From the NCBI GenBank assembly GCA_964435835.1, contig CAYSZX010000001.1, forward strand, positions 8,197 to 72,196: a stretch of DNA of 64,000 nt. The letters are read 5' to 3'. Positions 9,405 through 18,632 of this stretch are shown here, one piece after another. Origin of the DNA: an uncultured Candidatus Saccharibacteria bacterium (GTDB lineage: Bacteria; Patescibacteriota; Minisyncoccia; Minisyncoccales; JANBVM01). Made by a program: the position numbers and the translations under genes. The first letter of the stretch is position 1. Each line of letters begins with the position of its first letter. The notes below the pieces were generated by a model that was not told where the DNA came from, did no database searches, and saw only the letters and a program-made list of their open reading frames with translations.

Positions 9405-10441
9405 ACAAATTTCCTTAAATGCTTAGCAGCTTCTTCCGGTTCAATGACCGAAATTTCCATTTGAGTTCCTAACTCGAAACCAGCCAACTGTCCTGTTTTA
9501 GGGGCTATAGTTAAATGCCAGTGGTAAAAAGAATAATCTTTTCCGTCACAAGGAGCAGTATGTAACCAAAAGTTGTAAGGAGGATCAGATAATCCTTCAT
9601 TCAAAGATCGAGAAACTTTTTGAGCAACATCAGCCAAAGCCTTCTTTTCTTCTTCCGTCATCTCTTCAAAATTAGATAAATGTTCTTTAGGAGTAATAAT
9701 TACTTGGAAAGCAGCTTTTGAAGCAAAAGGGCAAAGAGCCAAAAAAGAATCATTTTCATAAACAATTCTCTTTTTAATTTTCATTTCCCATTTAATCATT
9801 TCACAATAAGGACACTTTCCTTCTTCCTCATAATATTTCCCTGCATTAACAAGAGCACTTTTCAAATCAACATCAATCAATGGAGTAGTAATAATTTGTA
9901 AATGAGGATGGGGCTGAGAAGCACCTGCTTCTAAACCATAATTCTGAAAAATAGAAATATAATTTACAAAAGGTTTTTCCATTAAGTCTAAATATCTTTG
10001 CTGACAAGAATCTATTAAAAATTCAAATTCCTTTAAGCTAAAATCAGGCATATTCTTTTTGTGATCTTTAGGGATCACCAATTCACAATGACCAACTGCA
10101 TCTATTTTCTCATAAAATTCACCTTCTTTTTCTCTATTTAAAGTATCACTAGGTAATAAAGCCGGATAAAGGTTAGGAATAACTACTAATGACCAATCAT
10201 CAGGAATTCCTTTCTCTAAAGGAACCCTTCCTTTTTTATCATAGATTAAAAGAGGATCTTTTTGTGTTTTAATATTACAAAAAGGACAATCTTTTTCTTT
10301 CATTTTAGACTTCTTCCTTTTTTGTTTTGAAAAAGCCTTAGGTTTTTTTGCTCTTCCCTTAGCAATAATAACCCAATCATGAGAAATCAAATCCTTTCTT
10401 AATTCTGAAGGAAATTCCTTGTTATTCTTCTTTTTGGTCAT
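9401..10441 (-). CDS. Galactose-1-phosphate uridylyltransferase family (GalT-like HIT) protein
   Basis: CPFC Zn motif near the N-terminus plus the HPHLQI histidine-triad variant. About 346 aa with two HIT-like halves. A second Zn-like motif CPYC is present. Confidence 0.65.
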   Translation of the reverse strand: MTKKKNNKEFPSELRKDLISHDWVIIAKGRAKKPKAFSKQKRKKSKMKEKDCPFCNIKTQKDPLLIYDKKGRVPLEKGIPDDWSLVVIPNLYPALLPSDTLNREKEGEFYEKIDAVGHCELVIPKDHKKNMPDFSLKEFEFLIDSCQQRYLDLMEKPFVNYISIFQNYGLEAGASQPHPHLQIITTPLIDVDLKSALVNAGKYYEEEGKCPYCEMIKWEMKIKKRIVYENDSFLALCPFASKAAFQVIITPKEHLSNFEEMTEEEKKALADVAQKVSRSLNEGLSDPPYNFWLHTAPCDGKDYSFYHWHLTIAPKTGQLAGFELGTQMEISVIEPEEAAKHLRKFV

Positions 10442-11162
10442 AAATTCCTTTAATTATATTTAATCTTATTTTTAATAAGTCTAAACCCATTTTAATCATA
10501 TTATCAAAACCAACTGTACTACCAGCTTCATCATACCAAGTAACAGGTACTTCTTTTATTTTAAAACCCATTTTCTTAGCAATAATTAATAATTCAACAT
10601 CAAAAGCAAAACCATCAATTTTACATAAAGGAACTACCTTTTCAGCACATTCTTTAGTAAACCCTTTAAAGCCACATTGAGTATCCCAAATACCCCATAA
10701 ACCACTAAGAAGCTGAACCATTAAATTGAAAATATCTCCTACTCTTTCCCTCCACCAGCTTTGACGAACAGGTATTTCTGCCCCTTCAATATCTCTAGAA
10801 CCAATCACTAAATCATATCCTTTCTTAAAATAAGGAAACATTTTTTCTACATGGTCTACCGAAGTAGAATTATCAGCATCCATGAAAACTCTATACTTCC
10901 CTTCACTTTCTAACAATCCCTGTTTAACAACATAACCTTTACCATGATTTTCTTTATTATCTATTAATCTCAAGTTATCAATTTCTTCCATTAAATTATT
11001 TACAACTTGAGCTGTATTATCCTTAGAACCATCATTAACAACAATAATCTCCGAATTATAAGATTGTTTTTTCAAATAATTTGAAATCTTTTTTAAAGTT
11101 TCAGGAATTCTTTTTTCTTCATTATAGGCTGGTATTACAACCGAAAGATTTATTTTTTTCAT
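10422..11162 (-). CDS. Family-2 glycosyltransferase (polyprenyl-phosphate sugar synthase-like)
   Basis: LSVVIPAYNEE...IIVVNDGSKDNT...DADNS is the GT-A fold DxD architecture of GT2 and DPM1-like enzymes. Confidence 0.8.
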   Translation of the reverse strand: MKKINLSVVIPAYNEEKRIPETLKKISNYLKKQSYNSEIIVVNDGSKDNTAQVVNNLMEEIDNLRLIDNKENHGKGYVVKQGLLESEGKYRVFMDADNSTSVDHVEKMFPYFKKGYDLVIGSRDIEGAEIPVRQSWWRERVGDIFNLMVQLLSGLWGIWDTQCGFKGFTKECAEKVVPLCKIDGFAFDVELLIIAKKMGFKIKEVPVTWYDEAGSTVGFDNMIKMGLDLLKIRLNIIKGIYDQKEE

Positions 11163-11276
11163 CTTTAATTTTTAATTATTTTTAGTTATATTTTCTATTT
11201 TAATAATCTTAATAACTTAGTTTTATTTTACTATAAAAAATAGTTTTTATCCAAATTATTATTAAAATAAAAAGTA

Positions 11277-11303
11277 ATTTAGATAAAAATAAATCTAAAT
11301 TAC
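11277..11303 (-). terminator. Palindromic hairpin plus T-run downstream of the Cys-rich gene
   Basis: AATTTAGAT-aaaaataa-ATCTAAATT inverted repeat. On the minus strand it is followed by a T-rich run. Confidence 0.4.
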
Positions 11304-11390
11304 AAAAAACACCAAAAAAGAGCAGAGAAAATTACTAAATTAGAACCTTATAAAAAAGAAAATTCAAATAAAATAAACCCTCAATGAATC

Positions 11391-12065
11391 TCATCTACAT
11401 AATTGCCTTCTATCCCAATCAATATGCTCTTCTGATACATAACAATGATCCAAACAACAATAACAGTACGGTGCATTATCATCAACTACTGTGCCATCGC
11501 CCGCTTCACAGCCTCCGTAAGTCTCTCCTGGTTCGCAGTACCAATCAAAGCTATTATTAGCACAACCAGGCACATTTGTTTCTGTCCCACCCTGTGTTGC
11601 GTCTGACATCCATCCTTTTCCAGCAGAGCAGTCGCTACCATAGGCTGGAGGACAATAATTATATCCTTTTGCCGTCCACCGATGGTCTATAGACCCATTA
11701 CAATTCAAATCCCAGTTACCACCACAATTAGAAGAACGATAAGAGGTGCCTGTATAAGCATGACTACAACTCTCAACATCTCCTGGCCAATTGTTGCGTA
11801 GTGTATCTGATTCATCCTTCGAAGCAGTTGGGGCAAACATATCATAATTAGGGTTTTCTCCATCTAAATAGTAAACATCATAATTACTTCCTGATACGTA
11901 ATTAGTACTAGTTATTATACAAAGATCAGTTGATCCTTTTGTTATTCGCCAACCTCCTGTCCTTGATCCAGAAGCCTTCGCTGCAAAAACATTTATAAAG
12001 CCAAAAAAAGAAATCATTAACAAAACACCAAATATTGAAAAAAAGTAAGTAGTTTTATTATTCAT
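11391..12065 (-). CDS. Secreted cysteine-rich Gly/Asp/Tyr/Trp-rich protein of unknown function
   Basis: N-terminal signal peptide (FFSIFGVLLMISFFGFINVFAAKASGS). 14 Cys including CYCCLDHC. Visibly higher G+C than all its neighbours. Confidence 0.5.
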   Translation of the reverse strand: MNNKTTYFFSIFGVLLMISFFGFINVFAAKASGSRTGGWRITKGSTDLCIITSTNYVSGSNYDVYYLDGENPNYDMFAPTASKDESDTLRNNWPGDVESCSHAYTGTSYRSSNCGGNWDLNCNGSIDHRWTAKGYNYCPPAYGSDCSAGKGWMSDATQGGTETNVPGCANNSFDWYCEPGETYGGCEAGDGTVVDDNAPYCYCCLDHCYVSEEHIDWDRRQLCR

Positions 12066-12079
12066 ATTTTAATAATTTT

Positions 12080-12790
12080 TTATTTTTCTATTAATAATCC
12101 GTCTCCCTGAATTTTTGGTTCTGAAGGTTCTCCTTCCCATTTACCATTCATAACTATTTCTTTAAGCTCTTCTATATCAGAATTATTAATTATATAAATA
12201 CAAGACTCTCCTTTAAAATAAATCCTGGGTTCTGTTTCTCTTTCAATTATAACAGAATCATAACCAGGAATATCAATATCTTCTACTTTAACATCTGGTT
12301 GATTAACAGCCATTAATAATTTCTCTACCCATGTTTTAAGATTTACATCATCTGAAATTTCATTTTCAAATTTTGTAATTCTAAGTAATTCATCGGAATC
12401 CTGTCTAAAGATGAAGGTTGAAAAAAGAATATATTGCTCAAAACCATGAGGTCCCTCATACACAATTCTCTCTACTCCTTCCCAGTCTTTTGGCAAAACA
12501 AAACTATAATTACCAAATTCGCTTGATAAAAACAAATCCCCATTTTCACGCGGAGTTACCGTTATTTCTTCAGGATTATTTTTTTGAGAAATATTATAAA
12601 CATTTTCGTCTTCAGACTCTTCCTGATTATTAATCACCTCTTGCAGAGATTCTTCATCTTCATCTTTAACCCCCCTTAAATCTAAAACAAAATTACTAAT
12701 CTCATTCTGATATTTCCAAGAAAAATAACCTATTGTAGAGAAAATAATAACTATTATTAAGAGAGCGCCAATTTGTTTTTTATTTAACAT
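12080..12790 (-). CDS. Hypothetical membrane-anchored acidic protein
   Basis: 236 aa with an N-terminal TM helix (IGALLIIVIIFSTIGYFSW) and an acidic ectodomain. No known motif. Confidence 0.4.
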   Translation of the reverse strand: MLNKKQIGALLIIVIIFSTIGYFSWKYQNEISNFVLDLRGVKDEDEESLQEVINNQEESEDENVYNISQKNNPEEITVTPRENGDLFLSSEFGNYSFVLPKDWEGVERIVYEGPHGFEQYILFSTFIFRQDSDELLRITKFENEISDDVNLKTWVEKLLMAVNQPDVKVEDIDIPGYDSVIIERETEPRIYFKGESCIYIINNSDIEELKEIVMNGKWEGEPSEPKIQGDGLLIEK

Positions 12791-12844
12791 ATTTCAAATA
12801 TTTTCAATTTTCTTTATTAAATAATTATACCAAAAAAACAAAAA

Positions 12845-12876
12845 AAGGGAAATTATATTCCCCTTTCTATATTTTT
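12845..12876 (-). terminator. Rho-independent terminator after map, ending the S10-spc operon
   Basis: Minus strand reads AAAGGGGAATATAATTTCCCTTTT (hairpin) followed by TTGTTTTTTT, and lies immediately 3' of the map stop. Confidence 0.55.
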
Positions 12877-12898
12877 TCCATTATTATTCATTAAAAAC

Positions 12899-13645
12899 TT
12901 AATTAAGTTTAGTAACAACTTCAGCCTTACCATCCACAATAGCAATTAAATGCTCAAAATGAGCAGACAAACTACCATCTTTGGTTATAAAAGAACCATT
13001 TTCAGCTTGTTCTATTTCTCCGCTTCCTATCGTCAACATTGGTTCTAAACAAAAAGTCATTCCTTCTTTAATTTTTTCTCCAGAACGTCTAACTCCGTAA
13101 TTTAAAATCTCCGGATCTTCATGTAAACCTATTCCAATTCCATGACCACATAAATTTTTAGCCACCCCATATCCCTGCCCTTCAGCATATCTTTGAATAG
13201 TATTAGAAACATCACCAAAAGTATTCCCTACTTTTGATTTTTTAATTCCTCTTTTTAAAGCTTTTTTAGTACATTTAATTAATCTTCTGGCTTTATGACT
13301 TATTTCCCCAACCGGCAAAGTAATAGCCATATCAGAATAATAACCATCTAAGATTACTCCTCCATCAATAGAAACAATATCTCCTTTTTTTAACTTTCTT
13401 TCTGAAGGAATTCCGTGAACAATTTCCTCGTTTATTGAAATACACAAAGTAGCAGGAAAATCATTATAACCTTTAAAAGCAGGCTTTCCGCCTGCTTCAA
13501 GAATAAAATCTTCTGCAAAATTATCTAAAACTTTAGTTACAACTCCTGGTTCAACCAAGTCAGGCATTTTTTTCATTACTCCTACTAAAATAGAAGCTGA
13601 TTTTCTGATCTTTTCAATTTCTTCAGGAGTCTTAATAACAATCAT
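12899..13645 (-). CDS. map: Methionine aminopeptidase type I
   Basis: MIVIKTPEEIEKIRKSASI...FKGYNDFP...HGIP...DGYYSDMA...CGHGIG...EPM are pita-bread fold motifs with the metal ligands D, D, H, E, E in place. Confidence 0.9.
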   Translation of the reverse strand: MIVIKTPEEIEKIRKSASILVGVMKKMPDLVEPGVVTKVLDNFAEDFILEAGGKPAFKGYNDFPATLCISINEEIVHGIPSERKLKKGDIVSIDGGVILDGYYSDMAITLPVGEISHKARRLIKCTKKALKRGIKKSKVGNTFGDVSNTIQRYAEGQGYGVAKNLCGHGIGIGLHEDPEILNYGVRRSGEKIKEGMTFCLEPMLTIGSGEIEQAENGSFITKDGSLSAHFEHLIAIVDGKAEVVTKLN

Positions 13646-14295
13646 TTAATAGTTTTTAAAACCTCTTCAAAAACATCTTCAATACTTTGTTCGCCTTCAA
13701 CTCTAATTAATTTACCTTCTTCTTTAAAAGAATCAATAACTGGTTGAACGTCTGTTTTAAACCATCCTAGTCTGGTTTTTACCCCTTCAACATCATCATC
13801 TTCTCTGGTCATCAATTCACCACCACAATAAGGACATTTTTCCATTTCCTTAAATTCACCAACATAAGGAATTGTTTTTCCACATTTCTGACAAGTTCTT
13901 CTTTTAGTTAAACGATTAATTGCTTCTTCTTCTGAAATATCAACTAAAAGAACTCTTGTGTCCTCAGCCCATTCATACCAATTTAAAGACTTTTCAATTA
14001 AGGTTTTTTCTAAAAGACTTCTTGGACTTCCATCAATAACCAAACCCTTAATATTTTCATTCTTAAATTCTTCAAACTTATCTATCCATAATTTAGCAAT
14101 AACCGGAGTAGGAACTCTATTCCCCCCATCAATAACTTCACCAATCTTATTCCCAGTAAAATCACCTTTCTTTTTACGAGCTCTCAATAAATCACCACTT
14201 CCTAAATATTCATAACCAAGCTTTTCAACTAAAAGTTTAGCCTGAGTTCCTTTACCCGAACCTGGTAAACCCAACAAAACAATTACTTTTTCCAT
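13642..14295 (-). CDS. adk: Adenylate kinase with zinc LID
   Basis: LLGLPGSGKGTQA P-loop, LLVDG, and the LID CQKCGKT...CPYCGGEL. Confidence 0.9.
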   Translation of the reverse strand: MEKVIVLLGLPGSGKGTQAKLLVEKLGYEYLGSGDLLRARKKKGDFTGNKIGEVIDGGNRVPTPVIAKLWIDKFEEFKNENIKGLVIDGSPRSLLEKTLIEKSLNWYEWAEDTRVLLVDISEEEAINRLTKRRTCQKCGKTIPYVGEFKEMEKCPYCGGELMTREDDDVEGVKTRLGWFKTDVQPVIDSFKEEGKLIRVEGEQSIEDVFEEVLKTIK

Positions 14296-14303
14296 AAATT
14301 TAT

Positions 14304-15581
14304 TTAAAATGTTTCATAATTTCTCATTTCTAATTGAGATTCAATTTCATTCTTGAAGTCCAAAACTACAGACACAAGAATAATAATTGATGTTCCCCCA
14401 ATTAAAAAGTCAAAAGCAGTAATTCCGGTTACTGCCTGAACCAAAGTAGGCATAATAGCAATCAAAGATAAGAATAAAGCTCCAAAAGGTAAAACTCTAT
14501 TTAAAATAAATTCTAAATGTTTAGCCGTTTCTTTACCTGGTCTAATACCAGGAATAAAACCACCCATTTGTTTTAAATTTTCAGAAATAGATTCTGGATC
14601 AAAAGTAATTAAAGTATAGAAATAAGTAAATAAGAAAATTAAAACAAAATACATTGACTTATTAATCCAAGGATTATTAAAGAAATCAGCCATTGTTTGA
14701 GAAGCAGTTCCTAAAACTCCCTCCCTATTGCTTAATAAGCTAGCAATCATTGAAGGAAAAGTTAAAACCGATAAAGCAAAAATAATAGGAATAACTCCAG
14801 CCGGATTAACACTAATTGGTAAATAAGTAGAAGCTCCTCCCCTAACAGTTCTCCCTCTTACTCTTTTAGCATAAGAAACAGGAACATTTCTCCTGGCCTC
14901 ATTAACTACTACGACAGCAGTAATAACTACCATACTAGCTATAAAGAAAATAATATAAGAAACTAATTGATCAACAGTAAATCCAGCAATTAACTGACCA
15001 ACATTTCTAGGAAAATCAGCAATAATACCAGCAAAAATTAAAAGTGAAACTCCATTACCAATTCCCTTTTCAGAAATTAATTCTCCCAACCACATCAAAA
15101 CAATACTTCCTGTTGTTATTGTTACAATCGTACTAAGCGTTTCCAAAAAAACTAGTTCTCCGATAATCTCCTGTCTTTTTAATAAAGAAAGCATAGCAAA
15201 AGATTGTAATAAAGCTAAAGGAACAGCTGCCACTCTCCCTATCTGCTCAAATTTTCTTTTACCTTCCTCTCCCTGTTCTTTATACATTTCTTCCAATTTA
15301 GGAAAAATCATAGTTAATAATTGAAGAATAATAGTAGCGGTAATATAAGGACCAACACCCAACATAACAATAGAAAGTTTTTCTAAAGCTCCTCCCGTAA
15401 AAATATTCATCAATCCTAAAACTTCATATTGTTCAAACAAAACTTTTAACCCCTCGGTATCAACTCCAGGAATAGGAATATTAGCCATTATTCTAAAAAC
15501 GGCAAAAACACCTAAAACAAATAAGATTTTATTCCTTAGGTCTTTTATTTTAAAAACTCGACTGATTCTTTCAAAAGCCAT
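14304..15581 (-). CDS. secY: Preprotein translocase subunit SecY
   Basis: 425 aa with 10 predicted TM segments. GVGPYITATIILQLL and GIQPGKE-like (IPGIRPGKETA) are SecY motifs. Confidence 0.9.
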   Translation of the reverse strand: MAFERISRVFKIKDLRNKILFVLGVFAVFRIMANIPIPGVDTEGLKVLFEQYEVLGLMNIFTGGALEKLSIVMLGVGPYITATIILQLLTMIFPKLEEMYKEQGEEGKRKFEQIGRVAAVPLALLQSFAMLSLLKRQEIIGELVFLETLSTIVTITTGSIVLMWLGELISEKGIGNGVSLLIFAGIIADFPRNVGQLIAGFTVDQLVSYIIFFIASMVVITAVVVVNEARRNVPVSYAKRVRGRTVRGGASTYLPISVNPAGVIPIIFALSVLTFPSMIASLLSNREGVLGTASQTMADFFNNPWINKSMYFVLIFLFTYFYTLITFDPESISENLKQMGGFIPGIRPGKETAKHLEFILNRVLPFGALFLSLIAIMPTLVQAVTGITAFDFLIGGTSIIILVSVVLDFKNEIESQLEMRNYETF

Positions 15582-15583
15582 AA

Positions 15584-16009
15584 TTACTGAATTTTACCTT
15601 TTGCTTTTTTAATCTTCTCCTCAGCACTTTCAGAAAACTGACAATCTTTAACTGTTAATTTCTTAGTTAATCTTCCTACTCCTAATATTTTAACTTTAAA
15701 GTCTTCTCCTTTACGAGCATCAACTAATCCTTTTTCTCTCAAAGTTTCAGGAGAAACAATATCTCCTTCTTCAAAATAACGTTCTAAATCCTTTATATTA
15801 ACAGTATAAGGTTTTTTCTTTACCGGTTTAAATTGATAACCTCTTAGCTTATGATATTTTTTAAATAATTCTCTAATCCGAGGAGCATGTTTTCTGGTTC
15901 CCGCTCTTTCTCCTTGTCCTTTTACACCTTTCCCTGCATAGGTATCACCCCGACCTAGTCTTTTAGGTTTTTTTGGTTTATGTTTTGGTTGTAATTGATG
16001 TAATTGCAT
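15584..16009 (-). CDS. rplO: 50S ribosomal protein L15
   Basis: LQPKHKPKKPKRLGRGDTYAGKGVKGQ matches the L15 N-terminus. Confidence 0.9.
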   Translation of the reverse strand: MQLHQLQPKHKPKKPKRLGRGDTYAGKGVKGQGERAGTRKHAPRIRELFKKYHKLRGYQFKPVKKKPYTVNIKDLERYFEEGDIVSPETLREKGLVDARKGEDFKVKILGVGRLTKKLTVKDCQFSESAEEKIKKAKGKIQ

Positions 16010-16011
16010 AT

Positions 16012-16545
16012 TTATTTCTTAGATTCTTTCTTCTTTTTAACTTTCTTTTTCTTTACTACTTTTTCTTTTGGCTTTCTTAACTTCTTAAAAGCTTTAATAA
16101 CTGCCCGAGCGTTATTTAATTTATTACTAGTCCCTCCTAAAACTTTAGAAGAAATATCTTCTATTCCAACTAAGTTACACATTATTCTAACTGTTCCTCC
16201 AGCCACTAATCCTCTTTTCTTTCTTTGAGGTTTTAATAAAACCCTGGCTGCACTATACTTAGCTTCTACTTGATGAGGAATAGTTCCGTCAACAATTGGT
16301 ACTTCAATCATATTCTTTTCTGCTTTTCTGCTTGCCTTTCCAATTCCCTTAGCCACATCAGAACCAGAAGCCACCCCAACTCCAATCTTACCATTATGAT
16401 CTCCTAAAACCATAACTGCTCTAAAACTTAATCTTCTACCCCCTTCTCTAGTATGAGCTACTCTGGCCAAATCTAAAAGTTTGGAATCATATTTCCTTTT
16501 TTTCCTTTTATTGTATTTTTTCTTTTTTCTCCCTTTTTTTGCCAT
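16012..16545 (-). CDS. rpsE: 30S ribosomal protein S5
   Basis: GRRLSFRAVMVLGDHNGKIGVGVASGSDVAKGIGKASRKA...GTSNKLNNARAVIKA matches S5. Both termini are Lys-rich. It abuts rplO directly with a 2-nt gap, so there is no L30 gene. Confidence 0.9.
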   Translation of the reverse strand: MAKKGRKKKKYNKRKKRKYDSKLLDLARVAHTREGGRRLSFRAVMVLGDHNGKIGVGVASGSDVAKGIGKASRKAEKNMIEVPIVDGTIPHQVEAKYSAARVLLKPQRKKRGLVAGGTVRIMCNLVGIEDISSKVLGGTSNKLNNARAVIKAFKKLRKPKEKVVKKKKVKKKKESKK

Positions 16546-16547
16546 AA

Positions 16548-16916
16548 TTAAAATTCTAATCCACCGGAACGAGCTCCTTCAGCTAGAGCTTTAACTCTTC
16601 CGTGGTATTTATAACCTGCTCTGTCAAAAACAACTTCTTTAATTTTTAACTTCTTTCCTCTTTTAGCAATTAATTCACCAACTGAATAAGCTTTAGCCTG
16701 TTTCGCAGATAAATCTTTCTTTTTAGAAGCCTTAACTTCAATATCATTAGCAGAAGCTAAAGTTTTTCCAGTTTCATCGTTAACTAATTGAGCATAAATA
16801 TGACGATTAGAGCGGAAAATACAAAGTCTTGGTCGATCCTTAGTTCCGTTAATTCGTCCTCTAATCTTTCTATGCCTCTTTTTCCTATTTTCAATTTTCT
16901 TTTTTCTATTACTCAT
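16548..16916 (-). CDS. rplR: 50S ribosomal protein L18
   Basis: RPRLCIFRSNRHIYAQLVNDETGKTLASA...VFDRAGYKYHGRVKALAEGAR matches L18. Confidence 0.9.
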   Translation of the reverse strand: MSNRKKKIENRKKRHRKIRGRINGTKDRPRLCIFRSNRHIYAQLVNDETGKTLASANDIEVKASKKKDLSAKQAKAYSVGELIAKRGKKLKIKEVVFDRAGYKYHGRVKALAEGARSGGLEF

Positions 16917-16925
16917 AATAAATTA

Positions 16926-17480
16926 TTAAATTCCCATTGCTCCCTCCTCAGCTACTCTCTTACCAACCTTTCTTCTAACTTCCTCACCAAGATATCTAAT
17001 TCCTTTCCCCTTATAAGGTTCAGGAGGTTTAACTTTTCTAATTTGAGCAGCTCGCAAACCAACCTTTTGTTTATCAATTCCAGAGACAGTAATAATGTTT
17101 CCTTTAACTTCCATTTTAACTCCTTCCATTGGTTCAATTTCAACCGGATGACTAAAACCAACTAATAAAACTAACTTATCACCTTTCATATTAGCCTTGT
17201 AGCCCAATCCCTGAATCTTTAATTTCTTTTCATAACCCTCAACTACTCCTTCTATCATGTTAGCTATTAAAGCCCTGCTTAACCCCCAATAAGCACCAGT
17301 CTTTTTATCACTACTATTAGGAGAAACAATGACTTCATTGTCTTTTTTCTCAACTTTAACCTCAGGTCGAACTTCCTTTGAAAGTTCGCCTTTTGGTCCT
17401 TTAACTGTCACTTTCCTATCTTCCACCTTGACTTCAACTCCAGATGGAATACTAATTGGTTTTTTACCTACTCTACTCAT
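16926..17480 (-). CDS. rplF: 50S ribosomal protein L6
   Basis: MSRVGKKPISIPSGVEVKV...VTVKGPKGELS...LVGFSHPVEI...KGKGIRY matches L6. Confidence 0.9.
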   Translation of the reverse strand: MSRVGKKPISIPSGVEVKVEDRKVTVKGPKGELSKEVRPEVKVEKKDNEVIVSPNSSDKKTGAYWGLSRALIANMIEGVVEGYEKKLKIQGLGYKANMKGDKLVLLVGFSHPVEIEPMEGVKMEVKGNIITVSGIDKQKVGLRAAQIRKVKPPEPYKGKGIRYLGEEVRRKVGKRVAEEGAMGI

Positions 17481-17486
17481 AATTTA

Positions 17487-17882
17487 TTACCATATTTTAC
17501 ATAATAATTCTCCTCCCAAATTTTTTCTTTTTGCTTCCTGGCCAGTCATTACTCCTTGGGAAGTAGAAATAATCATAATTCCAAATCCTCCTCTCACTCT
17601 CCTAATTCGTTGATTATTAATATAAATTCTTTGACCTTGTTTAGAAACTTTCTTTAAACCTCGAATAAAAGGTTTACCATCCTTATACTCTATCTCTACT
17701 TCAATCGTTTTCTTTAATTTTCTTCCTTTTTTCTTTAAATCTTTAATAAAACCTTTTCTTTTTAAAACTTTCAAAACATCCCATACCAAAGAGGAAAAGG
17801 GAATTCTAACCTTCTCTTTTGAAACTGCTTGTCCATTCCTGATTAAAGTTAAAGCGTTTGCTACAGTATCCATATTTACCAA
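17487..17882 (-). CDS. rpsH: 30S ribosomal protein S8
   Basis: [16 protein letters not shown]...[19 protein letters not shown] matches S8. Confidence 0.9.
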   Translation of the reverse strand: MVNMDTVANALTLIRNGQAVSKEKVRIPFSSLVWDVLKVLKRKGFIKDLKKKGRKLKKTIEVEIEYKDGKPFIRGLKKVSKQGQRIYINNQRIRRVRGGFGIMIISTSQGVMTGQEAKRKNLGGELLCKIW

Positions 17883-18061
17883 CTACTTTTAGTTACGCCT
17901 GGTATTTGACCTTTATTGGCTAACTCACGAAAACAAATTCGACATAAGCCAAATTTTCTCATAAAGGCTCTTCTTCTTCCACACCTAAAACAGCGATCAT
18001 TTTTTCTGCTCTTAAATTTCGGCTCTCTTTTTGCTTTTGCTATGCGTGATTTTTTTGCCAT
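17876..18061 (-). CDS. rpsZ: 30S ribosomal protein S14 type Z (zinc-binding)
   Basis: 61 aa with [23 protein letters not shown], the C-x2-C...C-x2-C short S14 form. Confidence 0.85.
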   Translation of the reverse strand: MAKKSRIAKAKREPKFKSRKNDRCFRCGRRRAFMRKFGLCRICFRELANKGQIPGVTKSSW

Positions 18062-18062
18062 T

Positions 18063-18632
18063 TTATTCTTCTTTATCTTTTTTAAATGGAAAACCCATTA
18101 ATCTTAATAATTCTAAACCCTTTTCCTGGTCATAAGTCGTAGTTACTATTGTTATCTCCATTCCAAACGAACGCCATACTTCTTCCGGTAAAATTTCAGG
18201 AAAAGAAACCTGTTCCTTAATTCCAATAGTTAAGTTGCCCTCTTTATCAACGGAACTTAATTCTAAACCTTCAAAATCTCTTGTTCTAGGTAAAACAACA
18301 TGAATTAGTCTTATCAAAAAATCTCTCATTTTTTGTTCTCTTAAAACAACCTTTAATCCAGCGAGCATTCCTTTGCGGATTTTAAATCCAGAAATAGATT
18401 TCTTGACCTTAGTAACAATTGGCTTTTGACCAGTAATTTTAGCTAAATCCTGAGAAATAGACTCAACTGCTTTTTTAGTTTGACCAGAACTCATTTCTGC
18501 AATCATTTTTCCAATTCCGACATTAACTACAACCTTACTTATTTTTGGCACAGCCATTTCACTTGTCAAGTCAAACTTTTTCTTCATTTCCGGGATAACT
18601 TCCTTTTTATATTTTTTCTTTAAAGATATCAT
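18063..18632 (-). CDS. rplE: 50S ribosomal protein L5
   Basis: KVVVNVGIG...[21 protein letters not shown]...RDFEG matches L5. Confidence 0.9.
   Translation of the reverse strand: MISLKKKYKKEVIPEMKKKFDLTSEMAVPKISKVVVNVGIGKMIAEMSSGQTKKAVESISQDLAKITGQKPIVTKVKKSISGFKIRKGMLAGLKVVLREQKMRDFLIRLIHVVLPRTRDFEGLELSSVDKEGNLTIGIKEQVSFPEILPEEVWRSFGMEITIVTTTYDQEKGLELLRLMGFPFKKDKEE

Noticed and set aside
12418-14215. Plus-strand ORFs 12418-12633 and 13958-14215, antisense to the hypothetical gene and to adk
   Set aside because: They are antisense to longer or recognisable genes and have no motifs.
16004-18101. Plus-strand or alternate-frame ORFs 16004-16228, 16788-17165, 16952-17161, 17329-17613 and 17916-18101 within the spc operon
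   Set aside because: All overlap conserved ribosomal protein genes, and their translations are Phe/Leu/Ser-rich low-complexity, as expected from the complement of Lys-rich coding sequence.
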